This document shows positions 18,677 to 28,031 of a stretch of DNA of 64,000 nucleotides, one piece after another. The stretch is taken from IMG/VR virus record IMGVR_UViG_3300045049_000286, positions 32,001-96,000 of that record. One strand, given 5' to 3'. The position numbers and the translations under genes are program-made. This stretch comes from a virus. Within the stretch, counting starts at the first letter, position 1; the number at the start of each line of letters is the position of its first letter. The notes beneath the pieces were generated by a model. It ran no database searches and had not been told where the DNA came from. It worked only from the letters and a program-made list of their open reading frames with translations.

Positions 18677-19207
18677 TCAGGTGGTCGGCTGGTTGGCCCA
18701 GTGCTCCAGGTAGCCGCGTGCGAGGTCGCTGGAGGGGAAGCCGCCGTAGCCGATGATGTCGAGGCCGTCGGTGGACAGGACCGCCGCGAGGACGTCGAGA
18801 CCGCCCTGCACGCGGGCCTCCGCCGCCTGGTAGAACCTTGTGCGCAGCGGGTGCTCGGTGGTCTTCTTGGCCCGCTCCCACGCCTCGTCGTGGTCCTTCA
18901 TGAGCTGGGCCACGCGGCGCAGCGCGGCTTGGGCGGTCGGGGAGGGCTGGTAGCTGATTGTGGTTGCGTCCTTGCGCAGGCCGGGGATGGCCGTGGTGCG
19001 CAGGCGCTCGCCGTTCTGCGAGACGACTCTGCCGTCCTCGTACCGGACGTCGTACCAGCCCTCGAAGTACGGGCCGCCGGGGTCGGTGGAGCGGCCCCGG
19101 GTGAACTGCTCGGGGTCGATGATGCCCCATCGGGCTTCGTTGGTCATGACCCACATGCCGGGCCTGATCACGACTCCGTCGGACGTGCGGTGCTCGGTGG
19201 GCTTCAC
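18677..19207 (-). CDS. hypothetical protein (N-terminus paralogous to 19204-19473)
   Basis: HRTSDGVVIRPG...PGGPYFEG. Confidence 0.7.
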   Translation of the reverse strand: MKPTEHRTSDGVVIRPGMWVMTNEARWGIIDPEQFTRGRSTDPGGPYFEGWYDVRYEDGRVVSQNGERLRTTAIPGLRKDATTISYQPSPTAQAALRRVAQLMKDHDEAWERAKKTTEHPLRTRFYQAAEARVQGGLDVLAAVLSTDGLDIIGYGGFPSSDLARGYLEHWANQPTT

Positions 19208-19473
19208 TGGTTCACCTGCTCGTGTGTGGTTTCGGTGGTGGTCATGTCGACGCCCAGGCACATGCGGTGGCGGCGGAAGAGGCCGATGCGGTGGTCGAGT
19301 CGGACCTCGAACCGGCCGTTGAAGTAGGGGCCGCCGGGCTCGGCCAGCGGCATGACCCGGGAGAATTGGCCCGGGGTCACGGTCCCCCACCCGTGCTCGG
19401 TGTGGACGCGCAGACCGGGGGTGATCTTGACGCCGTCGCGGGTGGTGTGAAGTGGGTTGACCGGCGCTCGCAT
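19204..19473 (-). CDS. hypothetical protein
   Basis: HTTRDGVKITPG...PGGPYFNG; AAGGAGG RBS. Confidence 0.65.
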   Translation of the reverse strand: MRAPVNPLHTTRDGVKITPGLRVHTEHGWGTVTPGQFSRVMPLAEPGGPYFNGRFEVRLDHRIGLFRRHRMCLGVDMTTTETTHEQVNQ

Positions 19474-19500
19474 CACGCCTCCTTCCGTCTTGCGGGCATG

Positions 19501-19531
19501 AAAAAGCCCCGCACCGGTCTCGATGCGGGGT
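19501..19531 (-). terminator. intrinsic terminator
   Basis: CCCCGCA/TGCGGGG stem followed by TTTTT on the minus strand. Confidence 0.7.
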
Positions 19532-19549
19532 CGGGCGTGCGGGGCCGAG

Positions 19550-19900
19550 TCAGGCGAGCTTGGCTGCCTTCTGGCTGTCGGGGTGGTGGATCGCGTCGCG
19601 ACCTTCGAGGGCGATGGACTGCCAGATGAGCTTCTCAACGCCGTCGCGGTGCTTGGCGGCGCCGAGCGGCTTGGGCTCGTACGGTTCCTCCTGGTCCCAG
19701 CGGCGGAACCACAGGCGGCCCACGATGTAGCCGCTGTCGCCGAACCGCACGTCGAACTTGGCATCGTTGTTCATGACCCGCTGGCCGACAACCCAGTGGA
19801 AGTCGTCCTCGGGGTCCTGCTCCCACACCAGCTCCATGTCGGTGCGCTCCTGCACGACAGCGGCCAGCGCCCGCGTCGCGTCCTGGTTGACGTCGCTCAC
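19550..19900 (-). CDS. hypothetical protein
   Basis: AAGGAG RBS, GTGA overlap. Confidence 0.65.
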   Translation of the reverse strand: MSDVNQDATRALAAVVQERTDMELVWEQDPEDDFHWVVGQRVMNNDAKFDVRFGDSGYIVGRLWFRRWDQEEPYEPKPLGAAKHRDGVEKLIWQSIALEGRDAIHHPDSQKAAKLA

Positions 19901-20346
19901 GCGCTCTCCTTCATGTCGAACCAGTAGACGGAGATGTGGTCGCCGAAGCCGTTGTCGGAGTCGGCGGAGTCCACGTACAGCGAGTCGCCGACGGCCATCT
20001 TCTTGACCTCCGACAGGCCCTGGTCGTTGAGCCACTCCATCGGGATCTCGTTCCGGCCGCCGCAGTGGTCGTCCAGCCACTCCTGGATCACGTCGCCCCA
20101 GCCGTCGTCGATTCGGCTGGTGTTGTACATGCCGACGACCTCGGCGAACTGGAGGGTGTCGATCTCGTTGATGTTGTGGTGCTTGAACGCGGCCAGGACG
20201 CACGCGTGGACCGCGTTGTCGTCGCGGTCCACGTGGGTGTACGCCTCGACCAGGGCCTCCTGGATCGGCGGGATGTCGATGTCGTCCCAGCCGTTCGCGT
20301 CGCAGTCCTCCAGCGCCTGCATCCACTCGTCGAGTGTGTACGTCAT
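19897..20346 (-). CDS. acidic hypothetical protein
   Basis: ATGA overlap. Confidence 0.7.
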   Translation of the reverse strand: MTYTLDEWMQALEDCDANGWDDIDIPPIQEALVEAYTHVDRDDNAVHACVLAAFKHHNINEIDTLQFAEVVGMYNTSRIDDGWGDVIQEWLDDHCGGRNEIPMEWLNDQGLSEVKKMAVGDSLYVDSADSDNGFGDHISVYWFDMKESA

Positions 20347-20591
20347 CCCTCGGTCTCCTTGTAGTCGTCGCTGTCGTAGACGACGTTCTCGGTCATCACG
20401 TGCACGGCGACCACCCGGGCGCCCTGCTCCTCGGCCCACCGCTCGGTGCGCGGCTGCCAGTTGTCGGTGAGCGCGAACTCGTCGAACGGGCCATCGGCCG
20501 TGCGGCGCCGGAGGATGACGAACTGCTTGTCCGTGTAGTCGATGGCCTCGTTGACCGTGGGGGTGACTTCGAGGTCGCTGAGCTTCTTCAC
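20343..20591 (-). CDS. hypothetical protein
   Basis: AGGAG RBS. Confidence 0.65.
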   Translation of the reverse strand: MKKLSDLEVTPTVNEAIDYTDKQFVILRRRTADGPFDEFALTDNWQPRTERWAEEQGARVVAVHVMTENVVYDSDDYKETEG

Positions 20592-20603
20592 TGTGGCTGG
20601 CTC

Positions 20604-20891
20604 CTACATGTTGGCGCGGGTGTCGGCGCCCTCGCGCCGGGCCCACGCGCGCAGCTCGTCCTTGACGTACTGCTCGGGGTCGTCCTCGTCGACCTCGTCG
20701 CCGGTGGTGTTGATGACCGAGACGGAGGGGAAGTCGCCGGTGTTCTCCCCGGCCGCGTCCAGGCGCGCGCCCTCCTCAGCGGCGAAGACGTCGATGTACT
20801 CGCCGCCGTGCCAGGTGGCCCACCATCCTGCGGCCTCCACGACGATCGGCTCGTCGAGCTTGAGCCAGGTGTCTCCGCCGAGCTTGATCAT
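20604..20891 (-). CDS. acidic hypothetical protein
   Basis: AAGGAG RBS. Confidence 0.7.
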   Translation of the reverse strand: MIKLGGDTWLKLDEPIVVEAAGWWATWHGGEYIDVFAAEEGARLDAAGENTGDFPSVSVINTTGDEVDEDDPEQYVKDELRAWARREGADTRANM

Positions 20892-20930
20892 GCTTTCTCC
20901 TTATGCACGGGTTGTGGTTGGGTCCTTGAG

Positions 20931-20977
20931 TGCGCCGTGCCCGGAATCGAACCGGGCAGCTTCCCTCGTGACGGCGC
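20931..20977 (-). ncRNA. tRNA-like mini-element (acceptor stem + T-arm only)
   Basis: GCGCCGT...CCCGG-TTCGATT-CCGGG-C-ACGGCGC-A, intergenic. Confidence 0.55.
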
Positions 20978-21004
20978 CCGCTATTCAGTTGTTGGTCCTG
21001 CGTC

Positions 21005-21517
21005 TCACGCGTCCCACTCCGTCTTCCACAGGAACTCGTCGAAGTGCTCGCCGAGGAACTGGCGCACCCTGATGGTCTGGGCGGTGTGGATGGTGAACAG
21101 GTCGTATGCCCGCGCCAGCTCGGCTGCGGTGATCTGGCCTAGGTCGCCGAACCAGTTGCTGACCCAGTCGTTGTAGTTGCCCTGGGCGTTGATGATGTCG
21201 ACCGTCTGGTGGCAGACGGTCTGGACCAGCTCGTAGACGTCGGGCTGCTCGTTGTCCTGGTAGGCCGCCGACGATCCCTGGTTCTGCACGATCATCGTGC
21301 GGCCGGTGTAGTTGGACAGGCCGATGATCTCGCCCTCGTCGCGGTCCTCGATCGGGCTCGGCAGGTAGAGGTCGGGCGCGTCGGTGTCGGCGGGGAAGCA
21401 CAGCACGCTGATCCACTCGTGGTGCTTGCGGCCGTCGGCCTCGCGTGTGGTGCCACCGTAGTAGTTCACGACGTAGATGCCGTGCTCGTCCACGCGCTCG
21501 CGAAGCGACTGGGTCAT
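21005..21517 (-). CDS. hypothetical protein
   Basis: GGAGG RBS, 170 aa. Confidence 0.7.
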   Translation of the reverse strand: MTQSLRERVDEHGIYVVNYYGGTTREADGRKHHEWISVLCFPADTDAPDLYLPSPIEDRDEGEIIGLSNYTGRTMIVQNQGSSAAYQDNEQPDVYELVQTVCHQTVDIINAQGNYNDWVSNWFGDLGQITAAELARAYDLFTIHTAQTIRVRQFLGEHFDEFLWKTEWDA

Positions 21518-21825
21518 GGGGTGGTGTCCTCCGAGTTCTGCTGGGCCTTCTGCTTGCGCAGCGCGTTGATCAGTTGCCGCATGGTGCTGATCTCGTCCTC
21601 ACGGGCCGCGATCATGTCGAACAGGGTCGAGATCTGGATGGAGTCGCCCGGCTGACGCTCGGGAACCGTCTCCGGCTCGTGGGCCTCAAGGTGCGCCACA
21701 TAGGCGCGCTCGTCGGCGTCGCGCATCTGCTCGGTCCACCCGCTGATCGTGCGGGGGTCGGTCATCCGGTGCCGGCCGGCCTCGTCGTGCCAGTGCTTCG
21801 GTTCTCGGCCAGTAAGCCGAGTCAC
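21514..21825 (-). CDS. hypothetical protein
   Basis: Overlaps at both ends. Confidence 0.6.
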   Translation of the reverse strand: MTRLTGREPKHWHDEAGRHRMTDPRTISGWTEQMRDADERAYVAHLEAHEPETVPERQPGDSIQISTLFDMIAAREDEISTMRQLINALRKQKAQQNSEDTTP

Positions 21826-22187
21826 TGGCCCTGCTCCTCCGCCTCGGCGAGGGCCTCGGCGGTCAGCTCGGCCTCGACCACGCGGCGGTACGGGCTGTGC
21901 TCATCGGCGTCGATCTGGCCGAGGTTCGCGAGATCGTTCCCGTCGCGGTCGTACAGAGTCGCGATGTAACCCTGCTCCGAGCCGTCGTGCACGTCGTCGT
22001 CGAACGGCTCCGGGTCCTCAGACCAGACCACGTACCAGTCGGCCGACAGACGGTGCAGCTCGGCCGCCGCAAGCGCACGCGCACCTCGGACGCGCCCCTC
22101 CTCCGGGGTCTCGGTCGCCGGGTCGTACGACGTCCCGGCGTGGTCGTAAAAGAACTGCTCGCGCTGGTCCAGCGCTGCTCCGCTCAC
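21822..22187 (-). CDS. hypothetical protein
   Basis: AAGGAG RBS, GTGA overlap. Confidence 0.65.
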   Translation of the reverse strand: MSGAALDQREQFFYDHAGTSYDPATETPEEGRVRGARALAAAELHRLSADWYVVWSEDPEPFDDDVHDGSEQGYIATLYDRDGNDLANLGQIDADEHSPYRRVVEAELTAEALAEAEEQGQ

Positions 22188-22690
22188 TGCTGCTTCTCCT
22201 TGTTGATCTCGTCGGCGATCCGCTGCGCCGCCCCGGGCATCAGGGCGCCATCCTCGTCGTAGTCCTCTTCGCGGACCAAAGCCTCGACCTGCTCGCCGGT
22301 AACGACGATCTTGGCGTCGGGATGCCGGGCGTGCCAGGAACCATTGATGCCGTAGACCTCGGCTACACCGTCGTGCGCCATCAGGGCGAGGGGCCCGGCC
22401 AGCGCAACCAGCTCGGTCACCTGCTCGGGCGTGACGGGCACCACGGGGTGCCGGTCGTCCAGCCACTGCTTGCAGCGGGCCACGAACGTGTCGTAGAGCT
22501 CGGGCCGGTTAGTGATGCCGGACTCCTGGTGGTGCAGGTTGATGCACTGGTCCCAGACGCGGCCGTTGACCTCCTGCCGCCCGATCTCGATCACCGAGGC
22601 CCCGACGGTTTGCTTGAACATCAGGTTGCTGGCCTTGTCGTACCACTCCATCGGCGCCAGCTCGCGGGGGTCGACGTAGTCGCCGCTCAT
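22184..22690 (-). CDS. hypothetical protein
   Basis: GAGGAG RBS. Confidence 0.7.
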   Translation of the reverse strand: MSGDYVDPRELAPMEWYDKASNLMFKQTVGASVIEIGRQEVNGRVWDQCINLHHQESGITNRPELYDTFVARCKQWLDDRHPVVPVTPEQVTELVALAGPLALMAHDGVAEVYGINGSWHARHPDAKIVVTGEQVEALVREEDYDEDGALMPGAAQRIADEINKEKQQ

Positions 22691-22887
22691 GTCTCCTCGA
22701 TCGGTCGGATGGTGGCCTGGAGCGCCGGGCGGCGGGTGTAGCTCTCGCCGCACGGCTGGCACACCCGCTCGCTGACCGGCTCCCGCTCCCCCGTGTCGGG
22801 GTTGCGCTCGCTGTAGTCGAGCGTGTGCGTTGCGATACCGGTACACGTACCGCCATCGCCCCTGATTGTGGCGCATCGCACTGTCAT
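22687..22887 (-). CDS. small Zn-binding hypothetical protein
   Basis: Overlaps; CQPC motif. Confidence 0.55.
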   Translation of the reverse strand: MTVRCATIRGDGGTCTGIATHTLDYSERNPDTGEREPVSERVCQPCGESYTRRPALQATIRPIEET

Positions 22888-23399
22888 CGGGCGGGCTCCT
22901 CGATCAGAACGCCGCGCTCGCGCAGCGCCTCGACGAGCGACTCGGCGTCGTTGTAAGCCTCCTTGAGCTTGTCGATCTCCTTGTCGTTGCTGTCGCCCAT
23001 CGCCAGCTCCTCCAGCTCCTCGCTGTAGCCGCTCACCGTACGGGCGTACTCAGTGATGGACTGCCGGTCGGAGTAGCGAAGGTGCACCGAGTCGCGGGGC
23101 AGGAACTCGTTGCCATATGACTCGGCGACTTTGCGCCAGTAGAAGGCGCGCGCGGTGTCCTCGTCGTCGAAGTAGTCACCCTGGTCGGCGTCCAGTTTGC
23201 CGACCGCCCAGGCGCCGTGCTGGAGGTGGTCCCCGTGGGCCAGCAGGAGCACATCCCCGGCCGGGGTGAGGAACGAGTCCACCACCGATCGGACGCCGTA
23301 GTCCTTGGCAACGGTGTAGCGCTCTCGCCACACGTCCCAGTACTCGTGCGGCTCGGCCTCGTAGGTCGGCTCGGGCATCTCGAAGTGCGGGCGCTGCAT
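22884..23399 (-). CDS. hypothetical protein
   Basis: GAGGAGG RBS. Confidence 0.7.
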   Translation of the reverse strand: MQRPHFEMPEPTYEAEPHEYWDVWRERYTVAKDYGVRSVVDSFLTPAGDVLLLAHGDHLQHGAWAVGKLDADQGDYFDDEDTARAFYWRKVAESYGNEFLPRDSVHLRYSDRQSITEYARTVSGYSEELEELAMGDSNDKEIDKLKEAYNDAESLVEALRERGVLIEEPAR

Positions 23400-23860
23400 C
23401 AGTAGACCTCCTCGGGTCGGAAGATCGAGAGCGGGTACAGGCCCCGGTCGGTGTACTCGTCGGGGCCGTGGCGCAGCTCGGCGGTGACGTTGCCGGTCTT
23501 GTAGCCCTCGTGGTCGACCTCGGCCGCCAGGACCACCCACCGGCTGTCCTCGGCGCGCAGGAACTCGCGGCCCACGGGGTCGATGACGTCGACCCACTCG
23601 TCGATCGCGTACTGGGTCATCGGGTACGGGACCGCTCCGGGGTGGTCGTAGGTGCCGGCCGCGCCGAGCGGGCCGATGTAGCAGCCGTCAGCGTCAGTCA
23701 CGTCGATCGGGCGCGTGTCGCCGTGCGGCAGGATGGCGATCACGTACGCGGCGTGCGTGCGGTGGTCGAGGATTGCGGTTGCGTCCTTGCGGTCCAGGTC
23801 GGCGGCGGGCACCTCGGAGTCGTCGAGCTGGCGCAGCACGATCTTCGGGAACTGGATCAC
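23399..23860 (-). CDS. hypothetical protein
   Basis: GAGGGGAG RBS, GTG start. Confidence 0.7.
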   Translation of the reverse strand: MIQFPKIVLRQLDDSEVPAADLDRKDATAILDHRTHAAYVIAILPHGDTRPIDVTDADGCYIGPLGAAGTYDHPGAVPYPMTQYAIDEWVDVIDPVGREFLRAEDSRWVVLAAEVDHEGYKTGNVTAELRHGPDEYTDRGLYPLSIFRPEEVY

Positions 23861-23896
23861 GGGTCTCCCCTCTCGGTTGCGGGTGGACATGGAAAA

Positions 23897-23950
23897 GCGC
23901 CCGGTGCGGGAGTCGAACCCGCTTGCGCATCGCTGCACACCCTCCGGGCG
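23897..23950 (-). ncRNA. tRNA-like mini-element (acceptor stem, one hairpin, T-arm)
   Basis: CGCCCGG...GCGGG-TTCGACT-CCCGC-A-CCGGGCG-C, intergenic. Confidence 0.55.
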
Positions 23951-23955
23951 ACCCG

Positions 23956-24168
23956 TTACCGCCGGGCTGCGGTCTTGCGCTCGTGCTTCGCGACAGCCGC
24001 ACGCCACGCGGCCTCGTCCTCGGCCCCATAGCCGTAGGCCGGGCCCCTGAAATAGAACGCATCGCGGAAGATGCCAGCGATGTTGTAGTTGGCCGGGTCG
24101 CGGTCCTCCATCGTCAGCGTGTCCTTGATCACCTGGCGGACCTCAGCCACGCTCCCGTACCCGCTCAC
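23956..24168 (-). CDS. hypothetical protein
   Basis: AAGGAGG RBS. Confidence 0.6.
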   Translation of the reverse strand: MSGYGSVAEVRQVIKDTLTMEDRDPANYNIAGIFRDAFYFRGPAYGYGAEDEAAWRAAVAKHERKTAARR

Positions 24169-24626
24169 GCGCCGACCTCCTTCGGCTCGTGGGCCATGCG
24201 GCAGCCGGGGCACGTCACCGACGCGGTCAAGCCGTAGTAGCTGTGCCGGTCGCGGTCGGAGTCGGGGACCATCTCCCCGCACATCGAAGCCGTGTGCGTG
24301 CCGCCGTCGCCGGAGAGCGCACCGAAGCGGGTCGCCGACAGCACGTGGACCGGGTTCTCTACCTGCTCCCAGATGGCAACCTCGACGCGGTCCCGTCCCT
24401 CACTCGCCATGCGGCATGCGCAGATCTGCGAGGTGAACTCGTTGGGCCGCTGCCACACGCGCACCGACACCACGCGCCCACACGAGCACGGTGACATCGT
24501 GGGTGCCTCACCGACCACGAACATGGGCTTCCACCTGCGGGCCAGGGGCACGCGCACCACCAGGCGCGCGCCGACGGGCAGCGCCTCGATCTCGTCCCAC
24601 GTGGCCAGGGTGATGGTCTCGTTCAT
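24165..24626 (-). CDS. hypothetical protein
   Basis: AGGAGG RBS. Confidence 0.65.
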   Translation of the reverse strand: MNETITLATWDEIEALPVGARLVVRVPLARRWKPMFVVGEAPTMSPCSCGRVVSVRVWQRPNEFTSQICACRMASEGRDRVEVAIWEQVENPVHVLSATRFGALSGDGGTHTASMCGEMVPDSDRDRHSYYGLTASVTCPGCRMAHEPKEVGA

Positions 24627-24634
24627 AGCGCCTC

Positions 24635-25006
24635 CTAGTAGCTGTGTCCGGCGGCCTGGAGCCAGTCCGCGAACCGGTCCAGGGTGTGGAGCGCGCGGCG
24701 CAGGTCGTCGTCGGTGCTGCCTTTGGTCACGCACTCGCGCACCATCTCGACCTCGAAGCTGTCGGGGTCGGGCTCACGCTGGCCCGAGCCAGGCGTGAAG
24801 ATGTCGCGCGGCACCGGGGTACCGAAGTCGAACGTCAGCACCTCGGCCACCGCTCCGAGCCACATCAGACACCACCCCCACTGGTCGTACGGGTCGTGGT
24901 TGAACCGGGCCTCGTACATCACGGCCTGGTAGCCGTTGTGGCCCTCCGGGCCGAAGGGGTAGACGCGTCGCGGATCACCACCGCGCGGGTGCAGCTTTGT
25001 CTTCAC
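24635..25006 (-). CDS. hypothetical protein
   Basis: GTGA overlap. Confidence 0.65.
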   Translation of the reverse strand: MKTKLHPRGGDPRRVYPFGPEGHNGYQAVMYEARFNHDPYDQWGWCLMWLGAVAEVLTFDFGTPVPRDIFTPGSGQREPDPDSFEVEMVRECVTKGSTDDDLRRALHTLDRFADWLQAAGHSY

Positions 25007-25386
25007 CGGAAAGGCTCTCCGTTCCAGTCGATGTCGCGGTTGGGGTCGAACGCGCGAATCCATGCGCGCGCGGTTTTTGTTGCGTCCTCGATGTCCCCGT
25101 TGAACGGCAGGGTGTCCAGCGACGCGTACGTGTAGTCGCACCACTCCTCGGTGCTGCCGGGGTCCTCGATGTCGCGGCAGATCATGAACTCGGTCATAGC
25201 GTCGACGCCGAGCGAGTCGAGGTCGTGTTCCACGTCATCATTGAGTGGCGCGGACGCGTAGGCGTACACGTTGACCACGCGACCGGGCAGATCCGGATTG
25301 ACGAACCGAACCGAGCACGCCTCGCCGAGCTGCTCGTCACCGTGTTGCCCGTCGTCGTCCATGATCGGTCCGTGCATGACCCACAT
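25003..25386 (-). CDS. acidic hypothetical protein
   Basis: TGATG overlap. Confidence 0.65.
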   Translation of the reverse strand: MWVMHGPIMDDDGQHGDEQLGEACSVRFVNPDLPGRVVNVYAYASAPLNDDVEHDLDSLGVDAMTEFMICRDIEDPGSTEEWCDYTYASLDTLPFNGDIEDATKTARAWIRAFDPNRDIDWNGEPFR

Positions 25387-25688
25387 CAGTCGGTCTCCCT
25401 CGGCGTGCCGTCCGCGTTCAGGCCGCGCCGGTAGCGCCGCTGGCCCTCCTTGAACGCCACCTTGAAGAGGCGCCACATGGCGAAACGCTTGGTCTGCTCG
25501 CGAGGGCTGATCCGGCCCGCTCGGAACAGGTCCACGGTGACGTCTGGGTCCATTTGGGCCGGATAGTGAATCTTCGAGACGCCTTCACTGCCGTACGCCT
25601 CGACGTAGTTGGCGTGGTCCCATCCGTATTCCCAGCCCATCTCGTTCGCGCGCTGGGTCTCTTCCTCGGTGAGCTGCCAGTAGTCCAC
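25386..25688 (-). CDS. hypothetical protein
   Basis: GGAGG RBS. Confidence 0.65.
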   Translation of the reverse strand: MDYWQLTEEETQRANEMGWEYGWDHANYVEAYGSEGVSKIHYPAQMDPDVTVDLFRAGRISPREQTKRFAMWRLFKVAFKEGQRRYRRGLNADGTPRETD

Positions 25689-25691
25689 CGG

Positions 25692-25949
25692 TCAGTCCTC
25701 CGTCGTCGTGTCGGCCGAGACGACCGACGTGCCGTCTCCCCGGTATGCCGTGTACAGCCCGGCCTCACCGCAGGTGATCGGGAAACTGAACGGCCTGCCG
25801 TCCACGTAGAGTTGCGCCATGCGCGCGTCGCGGCCGGTGAGCCGCTCGACCCACGCTTCCTTACCTGCGACCTGCATGTGCATGCACACCTCGGAGTAGG
25901 GCAGCCGCACGTGGACCACATCGCCAGGCGCAACGAGAATCCGGCTCAC
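25692..25949 (-). CDS. hypothetical protein
   Basis: AAGGAGG RBS. Confidence 0.6.
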   Translation of the reverse strand: MSRILVAPGDVVHVRLPYSEVCMHMQVAGKEAWVERLTGRDARMAQLYVDGRPFSFPITCGEAGLYTAYRGDGTSVVSADTTTED

Positions 25950-26029
25950 TTCCGAACCTCCTTGATTGAGTTGTGGATTGGGCGGAGAAAGGGCGAGGCC
26001 GCGCGGCCACACTCCGCGCGGCCCCGTAG

Positions 26030-26524
26030 TCAGCCGACGATCGGCCCGGCCACGGTGCTCTCGGGCTTCTTGCCGATGCCCCAGTCGCGCATGCGGCGCG
26101 GTAGCTGCACGCAGAGCGTGTCGTAGCTGATCAGTCGGTCTTCGTCGCCGCCGACGTAGACGATGGTGTAGGCGCCGTTCGGGTTGATCACCACGTCCTT
26201 GACGACCTTGAACGCGAACGCGTAGGCGTACGCGGGCTGCTGCGGACTCATGTACGACGGTTCCGGCTCCAGCCAGTACGCGCGAGACACCGCGAGCCCG
26301 ATCAGCGCGCTGCGGTCGTACCAGGCGTCGGCCGGGCTGATGTAGAGGTAATGCCAGAACTTGGCACCCTCGGCCTCCACGCGTCGGTGGTTCTTCCAGA
26401 CGTTCGCGTAGTGGAACACGTCGTCACGAAGCCGAACGAGATCACGCGACCGTACGAACTGCTCCTTGTACCAGGCGAGTTCATCCTCGGCCGATGCGAA
26501 CTCCGGGATCTCGGTGCCGGTCAT
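26030..26524 (-). CDS. hypothetical protein
   Basis: GGGGAGG RBS. Confidence 0.7.
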   Translation of the reverse strand: MTGTEIPEFASAEDELAWYKEQFVRSRDLVRLRDDVFHYANVWKNHRRVEAEGAKFWHYLYISPADAWYDRSALIGLAVSRAYWLEPEPSYMSPQQPAYAYAFAFKVVKDVVINPNGAYTIVYVGGDEDRLISYDTLCVQLPRRMRDWGIGKKPESTVAGPIVG

Positions 26525-26685
26525 AGGCCCTCCCCAGGAAAATGCGCGCGCGAGTTTTGGTTGCGTCCGCGCGCCCTCACGCCGCCGGACATTACCGGCG
26601 CGGTGTGACATTTCGGCAATGCAACACGCGACGCACAGCCGCGCCCGGCCACGTCCCCCGACCCGTGGCCCAGCGTGGCCCCACG

Positions 26686-27042
26686 TCAGGACGAAATGTG
26701 CTGCGCGAGCGCGGCCATCTGCGACAGCACGTCGGCGCGCCCGGACGCGAGGAACGCGCGCCGGTCGTTCGTGCTCATCGCGGACGGGTTGTACACGCGG
26801 TGCCGAATCTGCGTGGCCAACTCGTCCAGCGTGGCCGCGAGGGCGAGTCCGTCGCCCATCTCGTCGATCAGGTCGAGCAGTCCGCGCAACCGGTGCGTGT
26901 CCGAGCTGTCGATGTCGCCGCGCTCGGTGTAGTTGGCGGTCATCTCGTCGATTTGCTGGTTGATCTGGCCGAGGACGCTGCCGATCTCGTCCTCGGTGCG
27001 TTGGACGGCTGGCAGGTTGATCAGGTTTCGGGGACTGGTCAT
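26686..27042 (-). CDS. hypothetical helical protein
   Basis: AAGGAGG RBS, ATGA overlap. Confidence 0.65.
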   Translation of the reverse strand: MTSPRNLINLPAVQRTEDEIGSVLGQINQQIDEMTANYTERGDIDSSDTHRLRGLLDLIDEMGDGLALAATLDELATQIRHRVYNPSAMSTNDRRAFLASGRADVLSQMAALAQHISS

Positions 27043-27360
27043 GCGTTGACCTCCTTGATGGTGTGGGTCACGGGCAGGATGGTGGGGCGCACCACGTTGA
27101 GGGGCGGCGTGCCGAACCACAGCGGGTTCAGCAGGTTGGGGCGCAGGATGATCAGGCCCGGCAGGTCCGCTCGCGCGAACAGCTCGGCGGCGGTGCAATG
27201 GATCGCGGGCTTGATCACGTCGTGGCCTTTCGACGGGGGATCTTGCGGGTGGTGGCGCTGACGATGGCGCGGAATGCGTGGCGGTCGCGCGGCTGCCACA
27301 GGAGGTTCGGCCGTTGCTGGTCGCCGACCTTGACCGAGAGCGTGACGCGCGGGCAGCCGG

Positions 27361-27801
27361 TCACACCGCACGCCCCATCGGGGACAGGTGCAGCGGCATG
27401 ACCCGTGCGGGCGCGGCCGGCGGGGCGCCGATCACGCTCTCGACGGGGTAGCGGTCGACGTGTGTCTCGATCTCCTCGCGCCGGTACAGACCCAGTCGCA
27501 GCAGTTCGGCGATGATTTCGCGCGCCCGGTCGTGCGTGACGTGCCTGCCGCCGAATGCGGGCTTCCACACCGTGTCCTTTCGGACCGGCTGACGCACCAG
27601 CACGGTGTAGGTCTGGCGGGTACCGATGCCGAACACCACCGCGCCGGTATCGGCATCGGCCACCCGAATGCCGTGCGGGTACGCCTTCGGGAAGGACGCG
27701 TAGAGGTCCCGCGCCATGGCGATAGCGCTGACCTTGTTCAGCGCGCCGCCGTGGTGGCCCCATCGGTTCGGGTCGGTCGGGGCAATTTCGACGTGAAACA
27801 T
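27361..27801 (-). CDS. hypothetical protein
   Basis: AGGGAG RBS. Confidence 0.55.
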   Translation of the reverse strand: MFHVEIAPTDPNRWGHHGGALNKVSAIAMARDLYASFPKAYPHGIRVADADTGAVVFGIGTRQTYTVLVRQPVRKDTVWKPAFGGRHVTHDRAREIIAELLRLGLYRREEIETHVDRYPVESVIGAPPAAPARVMPLHLSPMGRAV

Positions 27802-27809
27802 AACGCTCC

Positions 27810-28031
27810 CTACTGGACGTAGCTCGGTTCCCACAGGTAGCGGCTCGAATGGCGGTTGTTGGGGTCGAATCCCTGGCGCTTGCGGATCACACGCGTCATG
27901 CGGTCGGGCGTCTGCCGCGTGCGCTTGTGTGGCGCGTGCAGGTGCTGAAAGATGCGGGCCCGCTCGCGGTACGTGGCGCGCTTCCACGCCTCGAATGCGG
28001 CGTGGACTTCCTTGGGGCTCGGTCGACTCAT
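27810..28031 (-). CDS. small basic hypothetical protein
   Basis: AAGGAGG RBS, ATGA overlap. Confidence 0.6.
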   Translation of the reverse strand: MSRPSPKEVHAAFEAWKRATYRERARIFQHLHAPHKRTRQTPDRMTRVIRKRQGFDPNNRHSSRYLWEPSYVQ

